64,000 nucleotides of DNA from the human T2T-CHM13v2.0 reference genome, Homo sapiens. The notes beneath the pieces were generated by a model, which worked only from the letters and a program-made list of their open reading frames with translations, ran no database searches and was not told the origin of the DNA. The position numbers were made by a program, and so were the translations under genes. Shown here piece after piece: positions 49,751 through 64,000 of the stretch. The stretch lies in the NCBI RefSeq assembly GCF_009914755.1, contig NC_060926.1; one strand, 5' to 3'. Numbering within the stretch: the first letter of the stretch is position 1; every line of letters starts with the position of its first letter.

Positions 49751-52616
49751 CCACCAAAAACTGCTTTTGAATGGAGTTGTACATATAATTTTTATGAAAA
49801 AAATTAACAAGTGCATAAGTTCATAATAGAAAAACCAATAATACTCCAGGCACAAGTTAGTACTAAAAAAATTATGTTGAATATTCTCTAATACAACATG
49901 CTTTTTCCCTTCATGAACAATTTGTGTTTTACTGAGAAGAGTCATTGTTTATGGTAGACTACAGATGAATATGTACTTTAAACACTCTTAGTTGCTTTCT
50001 TAATTTTATATCTGCTGCTTTATGCTTCTGTTTATTTTCATTCTTTCCAATGTCCACATTCTAGTAAATTTGAATATTTTAATCCAAGTTTATATACTAT
50101 TTAATATTGCTTGTATAGTTTAGTATTTTTAAGACTCAAAAAGGTTTACAGAAAGAAGAAAAAGATCAACATGTTATTAATCATTTAAAGATCATTTTGA
50201 AATCTTTGACCTTTATATTTTAATGAATAAAATATTAGTAGTTATTAGTATAAAATAATTTATGTCTTTTGGACTTAGCATCCAGTATTTCTTTTTTAAT
50301 AAAGAAAATAATTATTCTCTTGCAATGTACTATGTTTATCTGGGTTTTGAAAAGTGATGTTTCCTAATATGAGAAAGCCATTTACAGTTTTAAATCTACA
50401 AAGGCAAATGGAATGGTACTAAATTATTTACATAATAATGTTTAGATGGTGGCCCTTATAACATTCTTTCTATACTTCCTACAGAGTTGGGGATATGCAA
50501 TTCTAGAATATTTCTGGGAGCTAATCCTTTACCTTGATGAATGAAACAAGACTTTTAAATAAAATTAAACTTTCAAATTATCCAGGTAATGGGCCTGTCT
50601 TTTAATTCAATGGATATGGAGCATAATGAATTAACCCCTGTTCATTGGGTAATAAGTTCTCATTCTTTTAATACTCAAAATGTCCTTTAATTTTTAATTT
50701 TTGATAGTCATATCATTATCCCTAGGTATTTTAGCTTCTATCTTAAATTCTAAAATAATTTTGAAATAGGAGAAAGTATTCTTTATTACTATATGTATTA
50801 AACATCATGGTTTTCAAATTGAACTGCAAATGTATCTTTTCATTGCTTCTTGATGACGCCCTTCACCCTATCCATATTGTCACTACCAAGTGGTGATTAC
50901 TTTTCAGGTTCACATACTTATTCTTCAGAAAAATCTTCTCTGTGCCTTATAAAGAATATGATTGTTGGCATTCAAAAGCCAGCGAAGTATACATTATTAG
51001 CCTGTTGCCTAACTCATTTCTTTAAGAAACTACACTAATTACCCACATACTTATGTTTTTATTTCCTCATTATTTCTGGAGAAAACAAATACTGCTAACG
51101 TGATATTTGTAAGAGAGAAAAAAGTCTTTTCTTGAAAAGTGCTGTCATTGTAGTACTAACTTATAGTATCAACTTCTTTATAAACTCCTTAGACACTTTT
51201 TATTCTGAGAGAAATAAAAAAGCTAAAAGTCAAATGACTTTTTTTACTCTCCTTATTATAAGCACCCATCTTGGTAATTTAGGGTCTTTATAGTTAGGGT
51301 AAGTTGTGTCATACCGAGGTTACAAAATAAAAAGTATTTTGTCTCTTTGGGCCTTTCCTTATTCAGTAATACTGTCAGTTTGGCTTTTTTTGTAGGTCAA
51401 CTTATTGAACTCAGTATTCTGAAATAATATGTTTACTATCTTTTGAGAAGCACTTAAAATATTAGATTTATTGTTACTCTTCTGCCTTTATTGGGCTGGA
51501 AGAATAATTGTTTCACTCCACAAAAGGCAAGTTGCGGAGAAAAACACATAGACATTCAACCGCAAAGCAGAGAAACTTGACTATTTTCTGCAATTTTAAA
51601 GTGTATATTGAATAAAACCATCTTTTTATTTTCTTTTTTGCTCACTGGCAAATATTAACAACATCAAGTGTATTATTATAATGTTATCTAGTTAAAAATC
51701 TCAAAAAGTTTTCATAATTACCATTTTAAAATATATAAATAGGTGACCTAATGTTAATTTTTATTGTCTGAGACCATGTCTGTTATTTCACTCTTTAAAT
51801 TCAGTTAGTAGTGCAGAACCTAGCACTTAGTAGATACTCAAAAATTATTTGCTGAATAAAAAAAGGTTAAACATGTAATATATACAAAATGTACTGGAAA
51901 AAAATGCACCAAACAATTTTGTTATACCAGTTTAATGTAAATATTGCCTTTAAAAGATAATATAGTTTTCAGGTGTCTACAGTGATTTTGTAATATTTGT
52001 GCACATATAAAATAATATTTCCAAAAATGTAATCCAGTGGGGAAATATACTTTCTAAATTCTAGATTTATAATTTAGGGTTTAAATTATAAAATCATTAA
52101 ATAAGACACAAGTGAAATGTAGTCAAATATCCCCTTGGAAAAAAATTAAGTGGCCTCTAAAGTGAGGTATTCATATATGTAATTTTACAATCCTCTAGTG
52201 ATAGAATTAATTAAATACACCACCAAATTGATTAATTCCTACTGTGTTAAAAGAGAAGCACTAACAATGCCAGTTACCATGTAACATGGATTTAAGCTAC
52301 AAGTCATAGAAATGTGATGAGAAGCCTCAGCGCTGTAAAACAGAGGGTGGAGGAAAGCTTTTCCTCTCTCAAATGAGCTTTGCGAGATATACTTCTTGAA
52401 GGATAGGAAGTTGAAGTGTTCAGGACTTTTATGTCTATTCTACTTTGGCTTAGTTTACATGATTCGTAGTTTATTAGCCTAGAAATGGCCAAGAAAACTT
52501 AAGGTTCAATAATTAGTTATAAATATGAAATATCCCCGATTTTTAAGATAAAAACAACTTATAAATGTATTTGTCTGTAAAAATTGTGTATATTTTTACA
52601 GAACATCTATTTCTTT

Positions 52617-53370
52617 TTTTATTTTTTTATATTTATTTATTATGCTTTAAATTCTAGGATACACATGCACAGTGTGCAGGTTTGTTGCATATGTATCCAT
52701 GTGCCATGTTGGTGTGCTGCACCCATTAACTCATCATTTATATTAGGCATATCTCCTAATGCTATCCCTCCCCCCTCCCCCCACCCCACAACAGGCCCTG
52801 GTGTGTGATGTTCCCCTTCCTGTGTCCAAGTGTTCTCATTGTTCAATTCCCACCTATGAGTGAGAACATGTGGTGTTTGGTTTTTTGTCCTTGCGATAGT
52901 TTGCTGAGAATGATGGTTTCCAGCTTCATCCGTGCACCTACAAAGGACATGAACTCATCATTTTTTAATGGATGCCTAGTATTCCATGGTGTATATGTGC
53001 CACATGTTCTTCATCCAGTCTATCATTATTGGACATTTGGGTTGGTTCCAAGTCTTTGCTATTGTGAATAGTGCTGCAATAAACATACGTGTGCATGTGT
53101 CTTTATAGCAGCACGATTTATAATCCTTTGGGTATATACTCAGTAGTGGGATGGCTGGGTCAAATGGTATCTCTAGTTCTAGGTCCCTGAGGAATGGCCA
53201 CACTGTCTTCCACAATGGTTGAACTAGTTTACAGTCCCACCAACAGTGTGAAAGTGTTCCTATTTCTCCACATCCTCTCCAGCACCTGTTGTTTCCTGAC
53301 TTTTTAATGATCGCCATTCTAACTGGTGTGAGATGGTATCTCGTGGTTTTGATTTGCACTTCTCTGATGG
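52617..53370 (-). mobile_element. 5'-truncated L1PA (ORF2 C-terminus and 3' UTR) with TSD
   Basis: ORF 52976..53359 is the L1 ORF2 C-terminus ([42 protein letters not shown]). TSD TCTATTTCTTT at 52606 and 53372. Confidence 0.95.
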
Positions 53371-55352
53371 GTCTATTTCTTTAAAACAAAGGGAGGGGAG
53401 TCTCTCATTTGCATTAGTTTTTTTCATAGCCTTTTAAACTTTGCAATTTCTATGTTTCAGAACCTATTTCTTACAGTTTTTCTATGCTAAACTCTGTCCT
53501 AGTCAGTTCTAGAGTGTATGAAGAACCAAATGATGTAATTGTATGCCACCTGGCTGTAGTGGAACAAATTTGACTCTTAAGTATGCAGGCTCTAATTTTC
53601 CTGCCTGGTTTTGGCAAGTATTCCTTACATAGGTTTTTTCTTTGAAAATCTGGGATTGAGAGGTTGATGAATGAAAATTAATCCTTTCACTTTTTTGTAT
53701 ATAGGTTTGCAATAATTAGGTCAGAGTGGAGTTTTAAGGTCACGGAGGGGTCTGATGACTTACAAATAATGGGCTCTGATTGGGCAACCACTCATCTGAG
53801 TTCCTTCCATTTGACCTAATTAAGCTTGTGAAATTTACACTAAGCCATGAGCTCATCTTTAAAAAGTTTTATTAAAAGATTTTCAGCTGTTCCAAATGGG
53901 ACTTATTAGTGGAATGTGTTTTAAAGGATCATATCAGATGAATGAAAGGTATTTGATCCTTCGTTTCCTTAATAATAAAATGATGGTTTGGAAAAATAGG
54001 CTACAGTCTAACCACAGTGCTATTATTAGGCTTTCTTGTTAAACATAGGTCTAAGCCTAAGTATGTCAATACAACAAATACTTACTGTTTCATTTCTAGT
54101 AATGAAAAAAAAAAACAAGTCTTTCTGGCATAAGGATGATTTTCATCTGGTTATTTTGAAACATTTTTGTAAAATAAATTTACATCTATAAAGAACATTT
54201 TTATTTGTAAGGAGGGGTATGTCTCTGTGCACTGGAAGAGAGGGAGGACTAAATCACTGGGAAGTCTTATGATAAAGAAGCCATTGGCTTAAATCAGCAA
54301 AGCAAGCTGTCCCTTGGTTTAAGGTGTTTTTCCTGGCCATCCTGTCTTGACTAGAACTTTACCTACACCTTCCTTTTTGGTTTAGGCAAATTATAGTATC
54401 TAAAACTAAAGTCTCAGCTCTGTGTCTTTGACATATAAATGTTCTACCATGTCTTCTCTGGAATCTGATAACTATCTATCTCTTTAAAATGCAAGTCTAG
54501 GGAGATGACTCATCAGAAAAAGAAGAAAAAAGAGGTATTTGGAAATTGTGCAAATTAAAGCAGCCCCTGATGTCAAAGTCTGCACATTCCTGAGTGAGTC
54601 AGTTCTGGCCAGTTCTAGCTGGATCAAGAGAGCTCTTCTGGGCAGGCCTGAAGAGCACCTGAATGGCAGACACCTGAGGAGCCAGGTGCCTGAAACTTCC
54701 TTCACCTGCTTGAGGAGGGCCAAAGCCCAGGTGCTGGCTGGACAACCACTTCTGGCTGCCTAAGCAGATGGCAGAAGAAGGAAACAAGGTCAGAGGCAGA
54801 GTATTGAACCCTGCCTCCCAGGTGGGTGGAAGATGCCTGTCGCCAAACTAGGGCCAAGCTTGCCGGGTGAGATGGGTGAACTGGTGATCCCCCGAGAGAG
54901 TGGACGTCAGAACTACATGTTCCTGGACTTCACCTCGGCCAGCGAAGGAGAGAGAGGGTTAATGTTAACTGCACGAGGCCCACTCTAGCCTTAAATTCTG
55001 TAATTCAAACCCTTCCCTTGGAGACAAAACAAACATGACAAGGAATTCTGAGGTCAGGGGACAAGAATCACAAAGTGGGAGACTGAGGAGGCAGTGTCCT
55101 TCCTGCCCTTGGTCTACTGGCTAAGAACCTTCCTCAGCCTGACCTTTGCACATTGCACTTTCAGCTCTGTTTACAATTTTCCTCCTTTAGTGCTGAGGGA
55201 ATCCCAGTGTTCCATCCTGAAATCTATAGGTTCCTAATGGGTGGTTAAAAAAAAACCTCAGCGAGAGAAGCAGAAAATGTTTCCTCTTCCTGAAAAACTG
55301 TAGAAAGGCAGGCACCATTCTGGTTGAGGACATGGTCCTTGCAAATGTCTTT

Positions 55353-55665
<313 letters not shown>

Positions 55666-58132
55666 TGCAAACGTCTTTAAAGACAGCGTGTTTCAGAGGC
55701 TGTGACAGTGCCCTGTGAACATGCCATTTCTCACAGTCCTGGGAGCTCTGAGGAGCAGGCCCGGCTCCTTGCCAGGCTGATGGTACTGAAACTCTGCTCT
55801 CCAAGACATAACCTGATGGCCATGCAAGATTTCTTAATCGACTGTGGACCGTGAGAGTCTGCATCTCATTTTAATTAAGATGGGAAAAGAAAGAACAAAA
55901 GAGCAACTCCCAGGTTATAGAGAAAGTGGATTTTAGTATAATATTCAAGTGTAGCATTGCTAATAATAACAAACCTTTCCCCTCCTGAACGGTAAACACT
56001 TGCACTGCCTATTATACAAAAATTCAACCACCCTCTCTGTTACCCCGATATCTCCTCCCCAGTGACCCCCCCCTCTCATGCGGCCTCCTGAGCCTGACCA
56101 GTGGTGAATGGCACTTTCATGGGCATGAGACTCCACGTGAGTGGGACTCAGCTGGGACCCCTCTCCACGTGGGAGCTGGGGAAGCCACCCTAGTAGCAGC
56201 TCAAAGTGTCCGTGATGTCCCTGCTGCTGAGGTAGGGGCTGCCTCTGAGCTGGTCTCGGGGTGTGAGCTGCTGCTGGTAGTAGGCTCTGCCCTGAGGGCC
56301 TGGTGGCTGGTCAGAAGGGCAGGCACACATGGGTGACTCCCCAGGAACTCAGGCCACCTCCCCACCACAGCCCTGCACTGTGTGCTCCAGGCATGTGCTG
56401 AGTGCCTGGTCAATCACCAGTGCCCTACTGATCCCAGTCTCCAGAGAGAGCATTTAGTGTCACTCCACAGAGGGGGAAACTCGGCCCAGAGAAGTAAGGT
56501 GACTCTCTCCAGTCACAGAGCTGGTCAGCAGTAGGATGGGAGGCTAGTCCCTTGCTGTCTGACTCCCTGAGCCCACCCATATCCCAAGGCAGCCAACCTC
56601 TGCCCGCCCTGGTTCAGGCCCCGACTGGCCCCTGTGGTGGGTGATGTCTATCTTCCTGGCCTTTGTGCTCCCAGCCAACTGGGATGGAGCCTCCAGCTGG
56701 CATGACATGTTGTAGCTACGGACAGAAGAGTGGCTGTGAGGCTGCCAGGAATCTCACCAGGGCCCCCTCCCAGGGCCTGTCCAGAGTGAGGTCTGGGTAC
56801 CCCAGGCATTGCCAGACCACAGGATCTGATGTTGGCCAAGAGGCCATGGCCACAGGCTTTCTGAGGCTGGCCCCCAGGGAGAGTTCAATCCTACTATCCC
56901 AATTCCTGTCCTGGCCTTACCTCTCAGTCTCACCGAGCCGCTTCGTGGTCCCAAACCAGGACCCAAAGTGCTGCTTGGGCTCAAGGTTGTAATTATTTGC
57001 AGTCAACTGGAGCAGTGGACCTCCTTGCTTACTTTGAATTCCTGGGTCCAGAGGGAAAAACTGGGTGGTGACAGGGACTGGACAGGGATGCCACAGGGGC
57101 CCTGTGGGGGTGTTAGATGGGGTGGTGGCCAGTCTTTGCTCATAGGGGACCCCCTCCTCCTCTCCAGTCCTGTCCCCACCTGTTCTCAGAGCTGGCTCAA
57201 ACGGCAGCTCCTCCAGGAATGTGTCCTTGGTTTCAACCTGGTACTCCCACCTGCAGGTCTTCCTGGAGTGTCTCCTCTTTCTCTCTGTCTCCCCATAAAT
57301 CTAAGACGAGGGGGATGGATCTGCCCACTGCTACTCACCATATGACTCTTGTGAGGTTGATCAGTCTCCCCTGGAAGGCCAACAGCTGAAGTCCATCAGA
57401 AAGGGTCCTCTGGCCCAGAGCCAGCCCCTGCCCACCCCTGTCTTGCTGCACCCAGGGTGCAAGACCCAGATCAGGTCTGGGTGACAGGAGGGGTATAGAG
57501 GGGCTGAGGCTCAGGGGCCTTCTAGCCTAACTTGTCTGGAGACAGTTGGGGAAACTGAGACCCCAAGCAGGGAGGTATGGCTCCGAGAGATTATTCTCAT
57601 TAATCTGGAACATTTTTGCAAGCTGTTAGGTATAGGAAGTCTGTCACAGGTAAGAGAAATGCTTTTTAAGAGCATGAGAGACAGCAGGGTTGTCACAATA
57701 TTGAAACACCACCGTGCAGATTCACCAATTGCCACCACCGGGAGCCCCCTGAGAGTCATTGCAGATGCACAGCCCTCCCCTGCAACCCCTGGGCCTCCCC
57801 GTGGTCTGGCACCTAAAGGGTTATGCCTCATGGCGGGAATCAGGGCCCTCAGGGTGCCCTGCCCACTCCAAGGTCTGCCTCTGCTCTGATTGGTCACTGA
57901 CATTCAGATTGTCACCCAAATATAAGGACGTTAGCAGAAAGACTCATTCAATACAAGTGGACTCAGACATAGATAGGAATTGGGTTGCAAAAAGCCCCTT
58001 TTGTTTATTTTATTTTGGAAAAAACTTTTATTGTGAAAATTCACATATATATATATATATATAAAAACTCAATCAATGCAAAAGGATAGACAATGAACAA
58101 ATGAATTCCCCTTCCACTCCAGATCCCCAACT

Positions 58133-58288
58133 CAGATCCAGACCTCCTGAGCCCACTTCCCCCATCTCATCACAGATCCAGACCTCCTGAGCCCACTTTC
58201 CCCATCTCATCACAGATCCAGACCTCCCCCACTTTCCCCATCTCATCACAGATCCAGACCTCCTGAGCCCACTTCCCCATCTCATCAC
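58133..58288 (+). repeat. ~40-bp minisatellite, 4 copies
   Basis: CAGATCCAGACCTCCTGAGCCCACTTCCCCATCTCATCA starting at 58133, 58173, 58213 and 58249. Confidence 0.9.
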
Positions 58289-58307
58289 CAGTGATTTCTT
58301 GGGCTCT

Positions 58308-58600
58308 GCATTAGTTTTCTATTGCTGCTGCAACAAACAGCTACAGACTCAGTGGCTTCCATTTCTGTCTTATAGTTCTGGTTGCCAAAAGTCCTAAGAG
58401 GATCTCACTGGGCTAAAGTCAAGGTGCTGGCGGGGCTATGTCCCTTCTGGAGGCTCAAGGGATGAATCGGGTCCCTGCCTTTTCTAGCTTCTAGGGGCTC
58501 CAGCTTCTAGGTTTGTGGCCTCCTTCCTCCATCCTCAAAGCCAGCAACAGCAGGTGAAGTCCTCGCCCATCATGCATCACTCTCCCTTCTTCCTCCTTCA
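58308..58600 (-). mobile_element. MLT1-like MaLR LTR fragment
   Basis: ATTAGTTTTCTATTGCTGCTG...TCTCACTGGGCTAAAGTCAAGGTG...CCTTCTGGAGGCTC. Confidence 0.7.
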
Positions 58601-60446
58601 ACTTTTTTTTTTTATATTTAGGGGGAACGAGTACCGGATTCTTACATAGTCAAAAAGCTCCTTATAGAGAAGCTTGGAACTTTCAATACAACTTTGCCTT
58701 TTTTGCCATTTTAATTTTCCATTTAATTTAAATGTATTCTCTCATTTGACCTTCATACTCTGTGGAGAAATATTCCTATTTCGGCTTGTATTGACAAGCT
58801 GTTTTCACACAGCCCCCACATCACCCAACCAACCAGCAAGAAACAGATAAAGAAACTGAGGCCCAGGGAGGCTGAGTCCTGCCAGGATCATTCACCTTTC
58901 AAGGTAGGGAGCCAGTTCCAGACCTGGGTTTGTGCAGCTCCAAGCTCCCCCGTCTTTCTACAATGCTAGATTTAGACTATAGCAATCTAGCAAGTGTGGC
59001 CACACAATGGTCAAGTTGGATTTAGATGATGTTCCCTATAAATCCATTCTCCTCTCCCGTGTAAGCAAGGCAAAGTACTCCAGGTCATGGGGAGTCCCTG
59101 AAGACTCGATGAACTGCAGTGGCCACATCAGGAGGTTGCAGGTTGACCAGAACTCACCGACACAGCAGGAGAGCAGCTTGGAACCTGCAACCTAGCCAAA
59201 ACCTAGTGCCTTGGATTGGGGGAGAAAACAGGCAGCCATTCCTCTCTCTCTGCTGGCTAGAGGGGATTCTGGCTTTTCCTGCCAGAGCCACCCCTTTCCC
59301 TCCTCCTAAAGTTGATGGTGGTTCTTTAAGGAAAGGGAGAAGTGCACGGTGTGATAGGGCAGGAAGAGAAGAAAATGGAGGAGAGGAGGGGACTTTCCCA
59401 TAAGCAGGCAGAAGAAAAGGCAGCTGTGGTGTGTGATGGACATGGATGCAGTGGTGTCCAATGTGGGGTCAGCCCTAGATGAGAGACAGAGAGAGAGAGA
59501 CAGAAAAGTGAGAGTCCTGACCCTTACGATTAACATGGGATCTGCCTGCAAATGCTGTTTAGGGCCATCGCCTCTTCCTGTACTGCTATTTTTGAGAGTG
59601 ATGCTCCTGAGCCCCATGACCCAGTCAAATTTGATGTCCCCTCGAGCCAGATTCAGTGCTGGGAGTCCAGTGTGATCTGCCTGGATCTTGCTGCATTGAG
59701 AACAGGCCAGATCTTGACCCCAATACAGGGGCTGGATATGAACAGGCAACAGCTGGGTTTCTGAGTCAGAAAGACTTGGTTAATTGCTAATTGCTTAGGT
59801 GAGTAATTTAATTTTGTTGAGTCAGATTCTTCAGCTACAAAATGCAGATGACAGTACTTATTCCTCCAGGTTGTGGGGAAAATGGAGATTCTAAGCACGA
59901 TGTCCATTTCACAGAAAGGTACCAATTTGGTGGCTTATTTTCCTTTCTACCTTCAGAAGTGGCTATCCCTGCCACCCAAACAGACCCTTGACTCTCAAGT
60001 GGACGGGGTCCCATTTGCACAGGGGGAGACCTTACAGCCTACGTTGAGTCTATACTTACCACTTAGTGAGCATTGTGTCCGCTCAGGGGCCTCTGTGGGC
60101 ATCCGTCTCCTCTGCAGCATCTTTCCTCCCCACTGCTGGGTCTGCACATGACCTCCTCCTTGGGTTAGGCCTCTGATCAGTGATGACCTTGGTATGGTGG
60201 TGATGGTCAGTCTTGGCATCAAATGAGCCAGTTTATATCATCAGCTATTCAATAAAATACCAATCTAGGTGTCACCGTGAAAGTATTTTGTGACATTGTT
60301 ATGTACGTGTTGTTACAAATGTGCATGATGCATTTACTACAGCATAGAATTTTGCCTGGGTGCCAGCCTGAAGTCTGTCCGACAGATCATAGCCATGTTA
60401 GTCCCACAGTCACAGGGGCCAATTGATTAAATTATTTTATCTCCCT

Positions 60447-61376
60447 TGAAAACTAAAAATAAAATCCTAAGCCCCCCACCCGACTTAACAGACCCCCTGT
60501 TGGCCAACGGAACCTCAAATAAATCTTAAAATTCAGTTCTTGGCCATGACAGGACAGGAGGTCAGACATACCTCCCTGTACCTCCCTCCCTCTTATGGTT
60601 TAGACCCCACAACTGAACAGCATTAATGTTAAAATAGAGATCATGAGACTGACAGAACAGACTCTTTGTGGCAATAAGACCTCAAATTATAAACAGGACC
60701 TAGGGCCATGCCAGGCGAGCGTTAAGTCTTGTAGCCTACTCTTAAAGAATTAACTAGATTCTAACTACCACGTGGGTTTTATTTTTCTCTAGCAACCAAG
60801 CAAGCACTGGCTGTGAGAGAAGCAAGATTAAAACAATTACAACTCACCCAGTTCACAGACGCTGAGTAACTGATCTCCTGCCCCACTAACCTTAATGACA
60901 GCTTTCTCTGGACAAGGGACTGATTTCAGTAACTTTCTCCTGATAAGAGACCATCCTCCATGGACTGGTTCTGGCCAGTTTTGGAGGCTGTGCCTGTACA
61001 GAGGCTGAGTACCTTCATGTCCCTGCTTCACTTTTTGATGTGTAGGGCCTAATTATAATACATTTAAATGTCAAGTCTCCACCCCAGAATGAACATGCAT
61101 GTTTATTGAATATGCATTCATTAGGACCTCTTTTATGAGTATTCTCATAAAATGATATAGCTCCTCTGATATCCTATTGAGTATGTATATGTAGCCAACT
61201 CATTTGGCTCAAATTCCTGTCCTCTCCTTCCCTCCCTGGAAATGCCTGCCTCTGGCCTTGGCTGTAGGCCACACTTCCCAGGCTGTCATAATGGCCACCT
61301 TGCAGACTGCAAACCTATATAAGAAATAAAGCTCTCTTTTCTAAATTTATAAAATTGTGTGATTTTTTAGTTGATG
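60447..61376 (+). mobile_element. MER4-family solo LTR, apparently inserted in an MLT2-like LTR (60195-60446)
   Basis: Starts TGAAAACTAAAAATAAAATCCTAAGCCCCCC; AATAAA at ~61325; ends GATTTTTTAGTTGA; followed by (CA)n at 61387-61421. Confidence 0.7.
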
Positions 61377-61383
61377 CTCTCTT

Positions 61384-61421
<38 letters not shown>

Positions 61422-61423
<2 letters not shown>

Positions 61424-62538
61424 ATTTATACAGAAGGAAATCTGGAGAATATATGTGGGAATGGATATTAAGTGTGTGGCACCATGGTGGAAGTAACATA
61501 AAGTTGGATTAGGCTAAATTTATTAATGTTGGCCCACTAAACAGAGATTCTGGACTCAGGGTTGTAGGTCAAAGCTTTAGAAAGGGCTCCAAGGGTTGGT
61601 TTGATCGGTTACTTGGTTGGTTGTTTGCTTGGTTGGTTGGTGCTTGCTTCCTTGCTTGGTTGTTTGGTTGGTTTGTTGCTTGCTTGCTTGTTGGTTGATT
61701 GGTTGGCTGTTTGCTTGTTTGGTGACTTGGTTGGTTGGCTGAAACAGAATCAGAGTTTACCTAAGGTACATAAAGTTGAGATGCCACAACTTCCTTGGTT
61801 TATGTGTACAGAAAGGTATGCAAAAACTCAGGGAGACTGGATTTATTATGTCAGACCTGCTCACTCACACTGGAGGGTCTACGGAACATACTCCTCACAA
61901 CGATCATGAGAAAGAATATTGTGAGAGGAGCCCAGTATCCTGGAAGAGCTTTGAGCTTGTGCTCTCAGTAGGCAAAATGTTACAGCAGGAACTGCAGCCA
62001 CTGGACTGGGATCTTTAAGTAAAATGAGGATAATTGAATCCTGGGGTGGCAGGGAACATGGGCTGTCCTTAATCACCAAAGATGAGGTGGGTGTGGTCAC
62101 CACAGTGGAAAGCAGTGTCAAAGCAGCAGTCAGAATGGTTTGACTCACAGACACCCACGGCATTGTGTAGTCCATGGTATCCACAGGGAGAGCTAATGGG
62201 CTGTACCAAAGTCTTAGTTGTTCTTTAAAAAATGAAGAATTCTAGGTCAACTGAATAAAAGACTAACTCAAATTAATGAAACACAGATCTAAAACCCTCA
62301 ATCAATTCCCAGACTTGAGCCAGTTCACAGGCCCACAACCCCTTAAGTGAAGGGGAGGCTGGGTGATCTTGGGGAAGTACGCTGCTACGTTGCCAAAAAT
62401 TTACATTGTTAATCTTTTTCCCAGTCTTCCCCAAAGGGACTTACAGCCTTCTGCCAGGATGACTGTGACTTAAAGAAAAGAAAATTCTCAGATATTTGGG
62501 GAATTACTGGACACTGGCTCTCATTTGACACTATTATC
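61422..62538 (+). mobile_element. HERV-L/ERVL internal remnant (gag to protease), disrupted
   Basis: 5' part encodes SGEYMWEWILSVWHHGGSNIKLD (ERVL gag-like). 3' part encodes [12 protein letters not shown] (aspartyl protease DTG motif). A (TTGG/TTGC)n expansion sits at ~61590-61740. Confidence 0.8.
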
Positions 62539-62724
62539 ACTATGTTGCCTAGGATGGATTCATGCTCCTGGGTTCAAGCAGTCCTCCTACCTCAGCCTCC
62601 CAAAGTGCTGGGATTACAGACATGAGCCACTGTGGCCAGCAGAGCTTTGAAACTAGAACATGGAGGTCCAGTGGTAAAGATCTGACAAGTCTGGGAAGAG
62701 ATTGGGCCAAGGCAATGTTGATGA

Positions 62725-63354
<630 letters not shown>

Positions 63355-63839
63355 AATGTTGATGATTCTAAACAGCAGCCGTTAATGTGAAAACCATCCA
63401 ACTGGAAGCCCTGGCCTTGCCCAGAGGACACAGTCTGGGTGGTGGGCAGAGACTTCAGCTGCCTTCCAAGGCAAGCAGCTCCTTGCTGCCCGCTTGCTGG
63501 GGATTTTACTTACAGGGCAGAAGCTGGCAGGTGATTTGGGGGCAGGAATTGCTTCCTGGATGGTATAGGATGAACCACACTCCCCAGGAAGGCACTCATC
63601 CTGGTGGCCTAACAGAAGCAGCCCTCACCCCAAAAGGCAATGCTGCTCCACTAGTTTTATGGGGTGACTCCTTCCTGTAGGTTCCTTCCAGCTTTACCAG
63701 AAACACAGAACATCTTTCCTGACAGGGCATTGGTTTTGTTTTTGAACAGAGAGATCCTTCTTTTAAAAAGTTAGTTTTTTGTTTTCTTTTGTTTTGTTTT
63801 TTGTAATGGAATCAACCTAGGTCCTAAGCCTAGCAGGTT

Positions 63840-64000
63840 GTTATTATTATTTTTATGATTATTTTTTGAGATGGAGTCCCACTCTGTGGTCCAGGCTGGA
63901 GGGCAGTGGCACGATCTCAGCTCACTGCAATGTCTGCCTCCTGGGTTCAAGAGATTCTCCTGCCTCAACCTACAGAGGAGCCAGGATTACAGGCATGCAC
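63840..64000 (-). mobile_element. Alu, cut by the window end
   Basis: TTTTTTGAGATGGAGTC...CCAGGCTGGAG...GGATTACAGGCATG. Confidence 0.9.

Noticed and set aside
53407-53414. Perfect octamer ATTTGCAT (another at ~6471 inside an LTR)
   Set aside because: No TATA, leader or V exon nearby; expected by chance.
58133-58288. CRISPR-like appearance of short repeats (also 33022-33210)
   Set aside because: Head-to-tail tandem units without unique spacers, in human DNA, with no cas genes.

Overview
Human (hominoid) genomic DNA, recognisable as the distal end of the immunoglobulin kappa locus (2p11.2) running into pericentromeric segmental-duplication mosaic. Bases 1 to ~24150 are AT-rich IGK sequence. 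They hold two intact germline V segments on +: IGKV1D-8 (8485-8961) and IGKV3D-7 (22416-22949), each with promoter, split leader and 12-RSS. They also hold a ~3.5-3.8 kb block duplicated at ~10.85 kb spacing and a heavily decayed, inverted V-kappa-like relic with its own RSS (7315-7617, -), head-to-head with IGKV1D-8. After ~24150 the composition changes abruptly. In order: a GC/CpG-rich segment, old L1/LTR/Alu debris, an interstitial TAR1-type subtelomeric repeat without telomere repeats (~32.1-33.3 kb), a G-rich composite repeat split by an L1 fragment, a ~6 kb CAGGG/CCCTG array with an internal inversion (36.3-42.3 kb), a ~2.8 kb GAAAT/GAGAT satellite-like tract (43.3-46.1 kb), and then repeat-rich sequence ending in HERV-L gag/pro remnants and nested Alus. 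Nearly all long ORFs in the supplied track are artefacts of these repeats. There is no CRISPR array, rRNA or tRNA, and no wholly new protein-coding system is visible. The best leads are the inverted V relic, the frameshift-rescued IGKV3D-7 leader and the TAR1/CAGGG/satellite architecture. Repeat subfamily names and gene identities are from recall, not from a search.
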